DNA from: Candidatus Bathyarchaeota archaeon
Lineage (GTDB): Archaea; Thermoproteota; Bathyarchaeia; Bathyarchaeales; Bathycorpusculaceae
Length of the DNA: 64,000 bases
Direction: 5' to 3'
Assembly (NCBI GenBank): GCA_963833575.1
Contig: CAWHXY010000006.1
Location: 256,001-320,000, forward strand
How positions within the stretch are numbered: the first letter of the stretch is position 1; each line of letters opens with the position of its first letter. The position numbers and the translations under genes were made by a program. Under the pieces are notes generated by a model. That model had not been told where the DNA came from and searched no databases. It saw nothing but the letters and a program-made list of their open reading frames with translations. Shown here in pieces: positions 17,648 through 26,962 of this stretch.

Positions 17648-18612
17648 ACATGGAAGAAACCATTTTATCAGTCCAGGGACTCAGCTACAGCTACGACAAA
17701 TTGCTCGCCGTAGATAACATAAGTTTTGACATAAAGAAGGGACAGATGTTCTCGTTTCTTGGACCTAACGGTGCAGGAAAAACAACTACAATAAACATAC
17801 TGACAACCCTACTGCCTGTTCAGAAGGGTAAGGTCTACATATCAGGTTTTAACGTTGAGCAGCAGCCTGATCAAGTCAGACGAAGCTTGGGTATAGTGTT
17901 CCAAAGAGAAACCCTCGACTGGAACCTCAAAGTATGGGAAACACTGGAATTTCACGGCAGGCTTTACTCGATTCCAAAAAACCCACGAAAAGCTCGCATA
18001 GATGAATTGCTGCAAATAGTCGAATTAACTGATAAACGAAATGAATTTGTAAAGAATCTGAGCGGTGGCATGAAACGACGGTTAGAAATTGCAAGAGGAC
18101 TCATGACTCGACCCAAGATACTGTTTCTAGATGAACCCACAATAGGTCTTGACCCTCACTCACGAATGAAAATTTGGGAATACATCAAAAAAGTAAACAA
18201 AGAAGGCGTCACAATTTTCCTTACAACACACTACATGGAAGAAGCAGATCAACTAAGCGACGAAATATACATCATGGACAAAGGAAAAATAATTACAAAC
18301 GGAACATCCGAACAATTGAAGAACTCATTAGGCAGAGACATGGTCTATCTGGAGACAACTAACGACGAAAAATCGATAAGACTAATCAAAGAACTGCCAG
18401 AAGTCACTAAAGTCCGAAAATTCTCCAATGGATTTCTGGTCGACCTTAAAGCAGAAGGCGCCCATTTCATGCCTAAACTCATGGAGACAATCCGAAACGA
18501 GAAAATTGAAGTAGCTAGCATCAACCTGAAGAAACCCACATTAGACGATGTTTTCATTTACTTCACTGGGCGAGGTCTGAAAGAAAACAATTACGGAAGC
18601 GCGACACCTTGA
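17644..18612 (+). CDS. ABC exporter ATP-binding protein (DrrA-like)
   Basis: Walker A GPNGAGKTT, LSGGMKRR, LFLDEPT and C-terminal PTLDDVF. Confidence 0.93.
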   Translation: MNMEETILSVQGLSYSYDKLLAVDNISFDIKKGQMFSFLGPNGAGKTTTINILTTLLPVQKGKVYISGFNVEQQPDQVRRSLGIVFQRETLDWNLKVWETLEFHGRLYSIPKNPRKARIDELLQIVELTDKRNEFVKNLSGGMKRRLEIARGLMTRPKILFLDEPTIGLDPHSRMKIWEYIKKVNKEGVTIFLTTHYMEEADQLSDEIYIMDKGKIITNGTSEQLKNSLGRDMVYLETTNDEKSIRLIKELPEVTKVRKFSNGFLVDLKAEGAHFMPKLMETIRNEKIEVASINLKKPTLDDVFIYFTGRGLKENNYGSATP

Positions 18613-19464
18613 TTGGAGGCGGCAGAATTGAGAACTGATTTTGTAACAGTCTACTGGAGAGACATGAAAAAGTTTTTCCGCTCCAAATACGTCCTAATCA
18701 CCTCTTTGATTCAACCGGCACTCTGGCTAGCGATATATGGGCTGTCGATGTCTGGCAGCTTTAACTTAATTTCAACGGAAAATTCATTGCGTCAAGGTTT
18801 CATATCCGTGAATTATTTAACATTCATGGCTGCGGGAGTAGTATCCTTAACTATTCTTTTTACTTGCCTTTACTCAGGAACTTATGTTCAATTTGATATT
18901 CAGTTTGGTTTAATGAAAGAGATGGTTGCATCGCCAATAAAACGTTCACATATTCTACTTGGATTAAGTTTAAGTGGTCTAACAAAAGCACTAATTCAAA
19001 CAACAATAATTTTGGGTTTTGGTCTAATCTTGGGCGTAAAGTACTTTGCTGGTTTTACAATATTGCACGTTATGCTTTCTGTTTTGGGCATACTTCTATT
19101 CGTTATTTTGTTTAGTATGGGTCTTATGTTTCTTGCCCTAACTCTAGGAATAACTATAGAAGGTCACGACTCAATTCAAAGTGTCATTACTTTGCTTACC
19201 CTGCCCCTTTTCTTCGCCAGCAATGCTTTGTACCAAATGAGTTCTCTGCCAACAGCGATTCAAGTAGCCAGCAGTTTTAATCCTCTATCATACTTCATAA
19301 ATGGCATAAGATACTTTTCCATTGGCCAAAAATTCTATTCTATGGGAACCTACTATGAATTTGGAACCATCGACTTGCTGTTTTCTTTGGCTGTTCTTTC
19401 ATTATTTACACTTGCCATGTACTTGTTGGCTATGAGGGCTATCAAGAGAGTTAAAATGGTATAA
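18613..19464 (+). CDS. ABC-2 type transporter permease
   Basis: About 6 TM helices, LKEM-like 'GLMKEMVASP' and NPLSY motif; directly follows the ATPase. Confidence 0.9.
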   Translation: MEAAELRTDFVTVYWRDMKKFFRSKYVLITSLIQPALWLAIYGLSMSGSFNLISTENSLRQGFISVNYLTFMAAGVVSLTILFTCLYSGTYVQFDIQFGLMKEMVASPIKRSHILLGLSLSGLTKALIQTTIILGFGLILGVKYFAGFTILHVMLSVLGILLFVILFSMGLMFLALTLGITIEGHDSIQSVITLLTLPLFFASNALYQMSSLPTAIQVASSFNPLSYFINGIRYFSIGQKFYSMGTYYEFGTIDLLFSLAVLSLFTLAMYLLAMRAIKRVKMV

Positions 19465-19488
19465 ACTACCATCTTTCGTTGTTACTGC

Positions 19489-19818
19489 CTACCTCTTCGG
19501 GTTTGCTACAATCCATTTTACGTTATCAAACCCATACTTTGCCAGTAGCGGCGCCAAGAAATTTGGCAGGACTTCATCTGCCACCTCGCCCAAAACCACG
19601 GTGTCGCCTTCCTGATAGACCAGCGCCACACAGGAGATATCTCTTTGGTGTTCTTGTTTGGATAGGATTTGCCAGTATTCTTCTATGCCTTTGCCTTTCT
19701 CGATGATCCAGACGCATTTGTCTTTGGATGTTTCTTCTTCAAATGTGTTGAATACGCGGACGACTTCAGCTACAGTGTTTGGGGTTTGGGCTGTTTTGAC
19801 ACAGAACCAGATTGTCAT
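19489..19818 (-). CDS. Hypothetical protein
   Basis: ORF with normal composition. The start is placed at MTIWF (19818); the track's upstream extension looks non-coding. Confidence 0.55.
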   Translation of the reverse strand: MTIWFCVKTAQTPNTVAEVVRVFNTFEEETSKDKCVWIIEKGKGIEEYWQILSKQEHQRDISCVALVYQEGDTVVLGEVADEVLPNFLAPLLAKYGFDNVKWIVANPKR

Positions 19819-19993
19819 GTAATCCCTATCACAAAAAAAGTTGGCCAGCTTATTTGTTTTCCTGTCAAACATTTTTCGGGTTGGATGAGTACATTTCTTG
19901 CGGAAAAACCTACGAAAATTAGGTCTAGCTTACGCTACGTTTTTCAAAACATGCCTCTTATTAATCGAAGTGTGCAAATGTTTAGTTGAAAGC

Positions 19994-20281
19994 TTACTTC
20001 TTAATCATGGTCAAGAAATCGTCGATTGGGGTCGCGGGCATGCTCTTTATGTGTACAGTTCCGCGAGCGCCTAATTCTATGGAAACTCTCATGATGGCTT
20101 CGTTGTTTGGCGCTTCTACAATGTTGACGAAATCATAGTCGCCCAAAACAGAGTATTGCTGCAAAACTTTTGCGCCGTAGGCTTCTATTTCTTTATCTAC
20201 CTCTTTTATTCTTTCAGGTCTTTCCTTAATGGTTTTTCTCCCTTCAGAAGTGAGGGTCGACAAGAGAATGTATGTTGGCAC
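19994..20281 (-). CDS. GYD-domain protein
   Basis: PTYILLSTLTSEG...QYSVLGDYDFVNIVEAP. Confidence 0.85.
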   Translation of the reverse strand: MPTYILLSTLTSEGRKTIKERPERIKEVDKEIEAYGAKVLQQYSVLGDYDFVNIVEAPNNEAIMRVSIELGARGTVHIKSMPATPIDDFLTMIKK

Positions 20282-20447
20282 AAAATCACCAATTAGAAAG
20301 TTAGGTGTAATACTCTCTTATTCTTTTTGGATTAGATTTCTTTTGAAAAATGAAGACTAAGCCCAAAAACAGAAGTCCTTACCGGTTACCTCGTACGTAT
20401 GGAAGCTTAATTAAGCGTCTCAACCATTATTTTGATGAGGAATTTTT

Positions 20448-21287
20448 TTGGCGACACCTCAAGAGGAAACTAAAAGAAAGTTGCCAGGGGTCGTTGACAT
20501 TGCTTATGAGCAGTATCTGCGAGACTTGTCACGTTATCGACTGGCCAAGGAGATAATGAGCCAAGACGTTGTTACAATAGTTCCAGAAGCTTTGCTGGCT
20601 GAAGCCGCTAAAATAATGGGGCAGAAACATATTGGTAGCCTAATCGTCGTGAAGTATCACACACCAGTGGGGATAGTTACTGAGCGTGATTTGCTAAGCA
20701 AAGTTTTAGCGCTTGGATTGTTTCTGGGAGATGAAAAAGTTGAGAATGTCATGTCGTATCCACTAGCTGCTGTTTCGTCTAACTCTAAAATAAAAGAAGT
20801 TGCCCGGCTCATGATTAACAAGAAAAGTAGGCTTGCAGTATTTGACGTTGGAGCACTTGAGGGAATCATAACTGCTTCGGACCTGATCAAGAGTTTGCCT
20901 GATGTTCCCGAAACTGAGGTCAAAGTTGATGATTTCATGACGAAAGAAGTTGTGACTGCTGATGAAGAGACACCCGTGATCAGCATAGCTCGTATCATGG
21001 GCAGGCAGCGGATCGGTAGTGTCATAATTACGCGCAAAGGAGAACCATTTGGGATATTTACTGAACGTGATTTGCTTACATCTTTCTTAGCAACAGGCAG
21101 AGCGTTATATACGGAGGTAGGACCAGAATGTTCATCGCCTTTAATCATGATTCCAGCTGGCACAAGCGTTCATAGAGCCGCTGCAACAATGGCATTAAAA
21201 CATTCTAGACGATTACCTATCGTTAAAGACGACAAGTTAGTGGGCATTATAACCGCACGCGATCTCGTCGAAGCCTATGCAAAATAA
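20448..21287 (+). CDS. CBS-domain protein (four CBS repeats)
   Basis: Repeated G-I-(V/I/F)-T-x-x-D motifs (GIVTERD, GIITASD, GIFTERD, GIITARD). Confidence 0.92.
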   Translation: MATPQEETKRKLPGVVDIAYEQYLRDLSRYRLAKEIMSQDVVTIVPEALLAEAAKIMGQKHIGSLIVVKYHTPVGIVTERDLLSKVLALGLFLGDEKVENVMSYPLAAVSSNSKIKEVARLMINKKSRLAVFDVGALEGIITASDLIKSLPDVPETEVKVDDFMTKEVVTADEETPVISIARIMGRQRIGSVIITRKGEPFGIFTERDLLTSFLATGRALYTEVGPECSSPLIMIPAGTSVHRAAATMALKHSRRLPIVKDDKLVGIITARDLVEAYAK

Positions 21288-21627
21288 AACTCTATCCCAC
21301 TTTTTTTTGTTTTTTTGCACACGATGAACGGTTTAAATGACGTTGTCAACGTAGCACCCAATCAGCAAACCTCGGCAATAATCAAACCCTATATGGGAAC
21401 GGTAAGACGCAAAACAATCCGTTCTGTGTCGGTTCTTATATTGATGAAGGGTCAACGACGGTCATGACTCCTTGATATAAAAAAATGGTAAGCCCAAAAA
21501 ATGAGAACACCTGAGGACCCTGTTTTTTTCAATGAGGGCATTAAGCTGTTTTTTGTTTAGGCCAACTCCTGAGCCTCTAACATAAGTTTTTATCTTAACA
21601 TATCTGGCTTCAACTTGTTTGGATGAA

Positions 21628-22074
21628 CTATTTGGACAGCCCAAGTTGCTTCATGAATCCGACTACATCGTAGAATAGTCTTTCTTCGACGATTTCGCCG
21701 TCCTTCCAGGTGGCGACTGTGCAGAATTCAAGCTTTGCTGTCTTTCCAGTGGGCGGGATCATCTTTCCATCGGCGCCTTTCATTGGTCCTTTCATTGTTA
21801 CAGTCCAATCAGCGACCGTGCACGTGTGATTTTCATCACCGAATGCTATTTTGTAGGGATTGTTGATTAATCGGTTGTCGAAGGTTTTGAAGAACTCTGT
21901 AGCCTCAACATCATGGTTGTGTCGTCCTCTTGTGGGGTCAGGTTGAGCGGGCCAGTAAACTACGACGTCTTCTCGATGCCGTCTCTTGAATGTCTCCCAA
22001 AGAGGGCTTCCAGGTCCAGCATTCCATGAATCATCAAGCGTTTTCATCAACTCAAGATTTTCTTTAACTCCCAT
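21628..22074 (-). CDS. SnoaL/NTF2-like ester cyclase family protein
   Basis: IPPTGKTAKLEFCTVATWKDGEIVEERLFYD. SD GAGGTGA precedes ATG 22074. Confidence 0.85.
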   Translation of the reverse strand: MGVKENLELMKTLDDSWNAGPGSPLWETFKRRHREDVVVYWPAQPDPTRGRHNHDVEATEFFKTFDNRLINNPYKIAFGDENHTCTVADWTVTMKGPMKGADGKMIPPTGKTAKLEFCTVATWKDGEIVEERLFYDVVGFMKQLGLSK

Positions 22075-22298
22075 ACTGTTCACCTCACTTAGTAATTTTG
22101 TATTTAACGCCTAATAAACTTACAACAACATTCCTAGCAACCATCACAATCTCTTGATAACATCTGGCTCTAATCCGGTTGTTACTCTTCATTAATACCT
22201 CAAAAAAAGCTTTTTTAGATTACTCGCCATAATCTACATACAAGTATATTTCTGTAAGGTAAAAAGTTTATAAATTGACTCAGCATTTCAAACCATCT

Positions 22299-22418
22299 AT
22301 GTCCTACGAAACGTTCCAATGTCCAAGTTGCGGTGCAATATTCGGAGACCCTAAACAACTCCAAGAACACAGCGTGAAAATACATAAAGGGCAAAAAAGA
22401 AACAAAGCGAATCAATAA
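22299..22418 (+). CDS. 39-aa single C2H2 zinc-finger microprotein (absent from ORF track)
   Basis: MSYETFQCPSCGAIFGDPKQLQEHSVKIHKGQKRNKANQ fits F-x-C-x2-C-x3-F-x5-L-x2-H-x4-H. BRE/TATA AAAAAG-TTTATAAA at 22261-22274 is about 25 nt upstream (leaderless geometry). Confidence 0.8.
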   Translation: MSYETFQCPSCGAIFGDPKQLQEHSVKIHKGQKRNKANQ

Positions 22419-22650
22419 CTATTGTTTTAGACTAACGATTTAGTTTTAAATCAGGTAAATCATTCAAGAGTTAATTCTTGCTATAGAGATTCTGTTTTAA
22501 CTATAGTCTATTTGGAAACATTACATAAGCGACGCGCAAGCAATATTCTTTGGTGGTGCAACTGCAAAAAGAGAAAAAAAATAAACAACAAGAAAGAAAA
22601 CAAGATGAAGAGCCACTCTTTTTTCGGCGAATCTAAATTTTAAGATAAAA

Positions 22651-22809
22651 ATGGGAGAAGATCAGCGATCAAATAAAGAAAAAAGTAGTGGTTCGGAATT
22701 GTTTGACTGGATGTTAGCTACAGATTTTGACCCAGTGGAATGCAAATGTTCAAGAAAGAACTCCGATCTGGTTGCCCACATACTATCTCTGCAAATCGAA
22801 GTTAATTAG
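22651..22809 (+). CDS. Possible 52-aa hypothetical protein
   Basis: ATG-initiated ORF MGEDQRSNKEKSSGSELFDWMLATDFDPVECKC... in otherwise empty space; no recognisable motif. Confidence 0.3.
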   Translation: MGEDQRSNKEKSSGSELFDWMLATDFDPVECKCSRKNSDLVAHILSLQIEVN

Positions 22810-22973
22810 CTTCGTTTTCGCAGGATGTAAGATCAGTTAACACGGTTAGGATTTCTAGTCAGATTATAACGCATTTACAAAGTGTATTTGCTTTAACTGA
22901 AGTCATTTGAAAAAGCAAGAGTCATGCTGGTTCGAATTCAATCCTCGAGATCATAATCAAGTTAACGCAATAA

Positions 22974-23450
22974 CTAGTGTCGATTTAATTCTTTTAATAG
23001 AATTTTGGCTTCAGGTGGCAAATCGGGCTTGTTTCTTCGGCTAATAACCAAAAACAGAGAACCGATAAAAATTAATGCTATCCCGAAAAAAGCAACACTT
23101 GCTTTTGGTAAAATTTGTAGTTCAAGTCCGAAAGTGAAAAATACCATTGCTATCCCCATAACAACCATTATGGTGTTGCTCATGGCTGCTGTTGAATGCA
23201 ATGCAAATTCTCTTTTTCCTGTGTCAGTCACAAGAAAATAACCTTGTTTTTCCTCAATCATACCTGCATTCATTAGGTAATTCCAATCGTAATGAAAATG
23301 TCCATCAGACTTATAACCCAATGCAGAACTTATGCTTGATTTTACTCCTGGTTCAGACTTAATTTTGTTGCTTGAGGCAGAATAGATAAAGTAAAGGAGT
23401 TTAGTTCTGGGTGATTGAATATCTGCGCTTATTCCACGTGACTTTGCTAT
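22974..23450 (-). CDS. Winged-helix-like protein with two C-terminal TM helices (probable ATA start)
   Basis: The frame extends 43 codons above the track TTG to ATA at 23450 after GGAG, with no in-frame ATG/GTG/TTG up to the next stop. It has a wing-like LMNAGMIEEKQGYFLVTDTGKR followed by two hydrophobic helices. Confidence 0.6.
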   Translation of the reverse strand: MAKSRGISADIQSPRTKLLYFIYSASSNKIKSEPGVKSSISSALGYKSDGHFHYDWNYLMNAGMIEEKQGYFLVTDTGKREFALHSTAAMSNTIMVVMGIAMVFFTFGLELQILPKASVAFFGIALIFIGSLFLVISRRNKPDLPPEAKILLKELNRH

Positions 23451-23550
23451 CGAATCAACTCCAATTTGATAAGTGGTAAATGGTAGCTTTTGCTCTGCAG
23501 TTTAGGTGTGTTTGCATAATTTCATCTATAATTGTTTTTTGCTTATGAAT

Positions 23551-23614
23551 CTAACTCTTAGAGTTACCATTCTAAATGTTAGAGCGTTATCATAGGTGTT
23601 ATTCTAAATGTTAG
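23551..23614. promoter_or_regulatory. Three palindromic CTAA-N3-TTAG boxes in a divergent intergenic region
   Basis: CTAACTCTTAG (23551), CTAAATGTTAG (23572) and CTAAATGTTAG (23604), spacing 21 and 32 bp. The last two sit within an exact 14-bp repeat ATTCTAAATGTTAG. Confidence 0.6.
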
Positions 23615-23667
23615 GGCTATAACCTCCATGCATTCTAGTGTATTTCAAAAAAAATGGAGGAAAAAAA

Positions 23668-24321
23668 ATGAATGTAAATTTCGAATATAGCAAGACTTTG
23701 GCCGGCGAAGGTTCATTACTACTTTTACTCAGCCTTGTACCTTATGCTGGTTGGATCTTAGGCATAATCGGCGTAATTCTGTTTCTCAGGGGTATGAAAG
23801 AAATTGCTAATTACTATCAAGATAAAGAAATCTACCAAAATGCACTAACAGGTGTGAAATATTACATAGTCGCCATTATAGCCGCAGGTGTAGCGGTCGC
23901 AGCAATAACAATTGGTGTTGCATCCGCAACAGGCTTTGCATTTAAAAATCCCTTTGTACTTACAGCAGGTTTTGGAGCTGGCTTAATAGCTGCCATTGCC
24001 GGGATCGTAGTGGCTTTTGTGTTCTATATCCTTGCCGCATCGCACCTAAAGAGAACTTTCAATACACTTGCCCAGAGATCAGGTGAAGCATCATTTACAA
24101 CAGCTAGTAATTTGCTTTGGTGGGGCGCTATACTAACAATAATCGGCGTTGGCTTAATACTGATATTCATCGCTTGGATATTTGCTACAGTAGCATTCTT
24201 CTCCATGAAACCGCAACAACAGCAACAATACAGTCCACAACAATATGCATACACACCCCCTTCTTCTCAACCTGAGCAAGGAAAAATGATAGAAAGCAGC
24301 CGAACAAACAGTATCAAATAG
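23668..24321 (+). CDS. DUF996-like membrane protein
   Basis: GWILGIIGVILFLRGMKEIANYYQDKEIY...GAILTIIGVGLILIFIAWI...AFFS with a Gln/Pro tail. SD GGAGG precedes ATG 23668. Confidence 0.8.
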   Translation: MNVNFEYSKTLAGEGSLLLLLSLVPYAGWILGIIGVILFLRGMKEIANYYQDKEIYQNALTGVKYYIVAIIAAGVAVAAITIGVASATGFAFKNPFVLTAGFGAGLIAAIAGIVVAFVFYILAASHLKRTFNTLAQRSGEASFTTASNLLWWGAILTIIGVGLILIFIAWIFATVAFFSMKPQQQQQYSPQQYAYTPPSSQPEQGKMIESSRTNSIK

Positions 24322-24355
24322 GCGAAATTGAAACAATAGAAAATAGAGGAATTTA

Positions 24356-24925
24356 ATGACCGAGCAAAGTGGAATTGAAAAAAGTTCCGATTGGAAGAAA
24401 TTCCTAAGAAAACACTGGAAAACGGTTGTAGTATTTGCAGTAGCTGGCATTTTGGTATTCATTGGCGCAGTCTATGTCTTCTTGTGGTTTACTGGAGACG
24501 CTCAAACAACAGATTTAGTTCCATCAACTCTGGGTCTCTGGACAATGGGAAATACAATATCGTTTATTCTGCATCTAATTTTCTGGGAACTCATATTCAT
24601 CGGAGTTCCTGCAATCATAGGTACAGTAATAGGTTGGCAATGGTGGAAAAGACTGCCTGAACAAGAAAAGAGTGAATATCATCTATCTGGAAAAAGTTCA
24701 CGCTCTTCAAGAGCAGGAGGAGCAATATCACCTTTGCTCTTCATTGCGTTCGCCATCAAAGTCTACGTGGACGGAAACTGGAACGTTGCAATCTCAACCT
24801 ACACTCTGGACTATGTAGTGAATTCCATGATTACAATTCTCATTTGGATAGTTGCCATCTTCGCAATTCCCGCAACAATAGGGCTCATCTGGTGGATACG
24901 CCACGAGATGAACAAAAACCCCTAA
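24356..24925 (+). CDS. Hypothetical membrane protein
   Basis: Four hydrophobic, Trp-rich segments. Confidence 0.75.
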   Translation: MTEQSGIEKSSDWKKFLRKHWKTVVVFAVAGILVFIGAVYVFLWFTGDAQTTDLVPSTLGLWTMGNTISFILHLIFWELIFIGVPAIIGTVIGWQWWKRLPEQEKSEYHLSGKSSRSSRAGGAISPLLFIAFAIKVYVDGNWNVAISTYTLDYVVNSMITILIWIVAIFAIPATIGLIWWIRHEMNKNP

Positions 24926-25033
24926 ACCTTTTTTTGTTAAACCACAACCCGAAGATAAAACACAATCAAAAGAGTCTATAGAAAATACGTTGGCAAGCAA
25001 TATTAAGCAAATTATCGCTTTGGATTCTTCGAC

Positions 25034-25459
25034 GTGTTTGTGATGACTGATTATCGGTTACAGGTCGTCTTTGAACCCTTCCAGAAAAATGCGTGGTCGA
25101 GAAGATACCGTTTTGCGGTTATCGACCCTAACAACTTTAAAGGCTACCCAGCAAATTTTGTATGCCTCTTACCAAAGAAAATATTTGAGTCAGGAAAGCC
25201 TGTGAGTGAATTTGGAAAAAAATTTGGAGAAAAGAGCTTAGAGTTTGCCGTCTCATTATTGGAGCAAGCACTCAAACAACAGGAAGATGAAAAAGTCAAA
25301 ACTGAACTAGAGAAAAGACTCAGAAGTCTTGAATTAGAGAGACCTAAACTGATATGCGTTTGTTGCCAACAGGAATTCGAAGAATACGGAAGGACTAAGT
25401 ACAAGCGCAGACTTTGCAAAAATTGTCTAGAAGCACGATTCTTTCAAAATCAGAACTAA
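25034..25459 (+). CDS. Hypothetical protein with C-terminal Zn ribbon
   Basis: C-terminal CVCC...CKNC. Confidence 0.7.
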   Translation: MFVMTDYRLQVVFEPFQKNAWSRRYRFAVIDPNNFKGYPANFVCLLPKKIFESGKPVSEFGKKFGEKSLEFAVSLLEQALKQQEDEKVKTELEKRLRSLELERPKLICVCCQQEFEEYGRTKYKRRLCKNCLEARFFQNQN

Positions 25460-25513
25460 ATAGGCAATTGACAGTCTCTTTTGTAATTGGCAGACGCTGG
25501 ATTGAACGAAACA

Positions 25514-26290
25514 TTAGCTCATTTGCCAATTTATTGCAATTGCCTTTACTCTAAGGCCAAGATGTCTTTTCTTGAAAATAATAAGGGATGCTGCAGCAAT
25601 TACGAAAGATGCCAATATTATAACTCCGAGCATTGCTATTGAAAACTCTGGGACTGATGGTGAAGCAGTGGGTGTTGAGCTGAAAATGTTGGTTTCAATT
25701 ATGCTATATGAAATTGATGTTACAACAGGCTGTGGATCTGGCTGCGTGGTTGTCTGAGTTGTTGATTCAAGCAGCATTCCAGAAGCCCGATCATAAACGT
25801 AGGAAAGGCTAGTGTTGTAGTCAGATGTTGGGATTGTTACATCAAGTATAGTTACAGTTCTACTAACGCCCAAGTACGTCTGGGTCTCTGTTCTATTGAC
25901 AATATATGTGTTGGGCGGAGGTATGGCATCGCCCGGGTTTAGATTGGAAGCAACAATAGGCCCTTGAGTGTTTGGAACTCCATTCTCTGTCCCAGTTTCA
26001 ACATTCCAAACTTCAACTGTGCCATTTCCCGGAGTCGCTGTGCCATTCTTATATTGACTAGTAAAGAGCAAAGTTATTGCCTTTCCGGAAACATCGGTGA
26101 CTTGAAGTCTTTGCCAGCCAATATCATTGAAAGTTTCAACCCCAGGACCAGTTCCAACAAAATTACCATATTTCACATATTGCCCCACTGTAACGCCTGA
26201 GTTGTATTCAACTGCGAAAACAGGTAGAGCGAGCGTTGCTAAAAGAGCCAACGTTAAGAGTATGACCGTTAAGGATTTGAAAGTTAACAA
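25514..26290 (-). CDS. Secreted surface protein with PEF-type C-terminal sorting signal
   Basis: Signal peptide, Thr/Ser-rich body, then SPSVPEFS + TM helix + basic KKRH. Confidence 0.8.
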   Translation of the reverse strand: MLTFKSLTVILLTLALLATLALPVFAVEYNSGVTVGQYVKYGNFVGTGPGVETFNDIGWQRLQVTDVSGKAITLLFTSQYKNGTATPGNGTVEVWNVETGTENGVPNTQGPIVASNLNPGDAIPPPNTYIVNRTETQTYLGVSRTVTILDVTIPTSDYNTSLSYVYDRASGMLLESTTQTTTQPDPQPVVTSISYSIIETNIFSSTPTASPSVPEFSIAMLGVIILASFVIAAASLIIFKKRHLGLRVKAIAINWQMS

Positions 26291-26350
26291 AATAGAATCT
26301 CCATTTTATCTATATTATTTTTCACATATTAGAGTTTTCAGTTAAGTAGA

Positions 26351-26503
26351 TCAAGCAGTTCTTTTTGCTCCGCAATTTGGACAAAATGTCGCGGTTTGCG
26401 GGAAAAGGGCTGCACAGTACTTGCATGGAATCATAACAACTTCAACTGCCTTCTGAACGGTTTCGTCCTCGTCAGAACCGCATCCACACCCACAAGGGCA
26501 CAT
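26351..26503 (-). CDS. 50-aa Cys-rich microprotein (CPCGCGC + Zn ribbon), absent from ORF track
   Basis: MCPCGCGCGSDEDETVQKAVEVVMIPCKYCAALFPQTATFCPNCGAKRTA has 8 Cys and starts 15 nt after the ArsR stop on the same strand. Confidence 0.8.
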   Translation of the reverse strand: MCPCGCGCGSDEDETVQKAVEVVMIPCKYCAALFPQTATFCPNCGAKRTA

Positions 26504-26518
26504 TTTCAAATCAGCCTT

Positions 26519-26857
26519 CTATGTTGAATAGTTTTTTGCTACTTCTTGTTTTTGGACTAGTTGTTCCATCAGAACTTCGCGCATTATGTCGCATGCTTGG
26601 CTGATTTTAGGGCTTGATACTCGATAGTATACGGCAGAGCCTTCTTTTCTGGTTTTGACTATTTGTCTTTGCCTCATCAATGCCAAGTGTTGAGATATGT
26701 TAGATTGACTTGCACCTACTATGTCAACAAGTTCATTGACGGTTTTCTCGCCATCTTTTAAAATATGAAGAAGGGCTAATCTTAGCGGGTGGGCTAGTGT
26801 TTTTGAAATCTCTGCTTGCAATTCGTAGATTGTCATGTCAAACTCTTTTTTCGTCAT
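26519..26857 (-). CDS. ArsR/SmtB-family transcriptional repressor
   Basis: KTLAHPLRLALL...EKTVNEL...SQSNISQHLALMR...RKEGSAVYY. The start is placed at MTKKEF after AAGGA. Confidence 0.92.
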   Translation of the reverse strand: MTKKEFDMTIYELQAEISKTLAHPLRLALLHILKDGEKTVNELVDIVGASQSNISQHLALMRQRQIVKTRKEGSAVYYRVSSPKISQACDIMREVLMEQLVQKQEVAKNYST

Positions 26858-26962
26858 CGTGATTTCCTTTCTATTCGAATATTCTAACATAGTTTCAACC
26901 TTTTATGTTTTTCAGTAAACACAAAAACAAAGAAAAGAAGTAGGGATTCTGCTTCCTCATAT

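Noticed and set aside
22926-22950. GCTGGTTCGAATTCAATCCTCG as a second distal att copy of tRNA-Leu
   Set aside because: Only the T-loop core matches and the stem does not pair well; it is too short to distinguish from chance.
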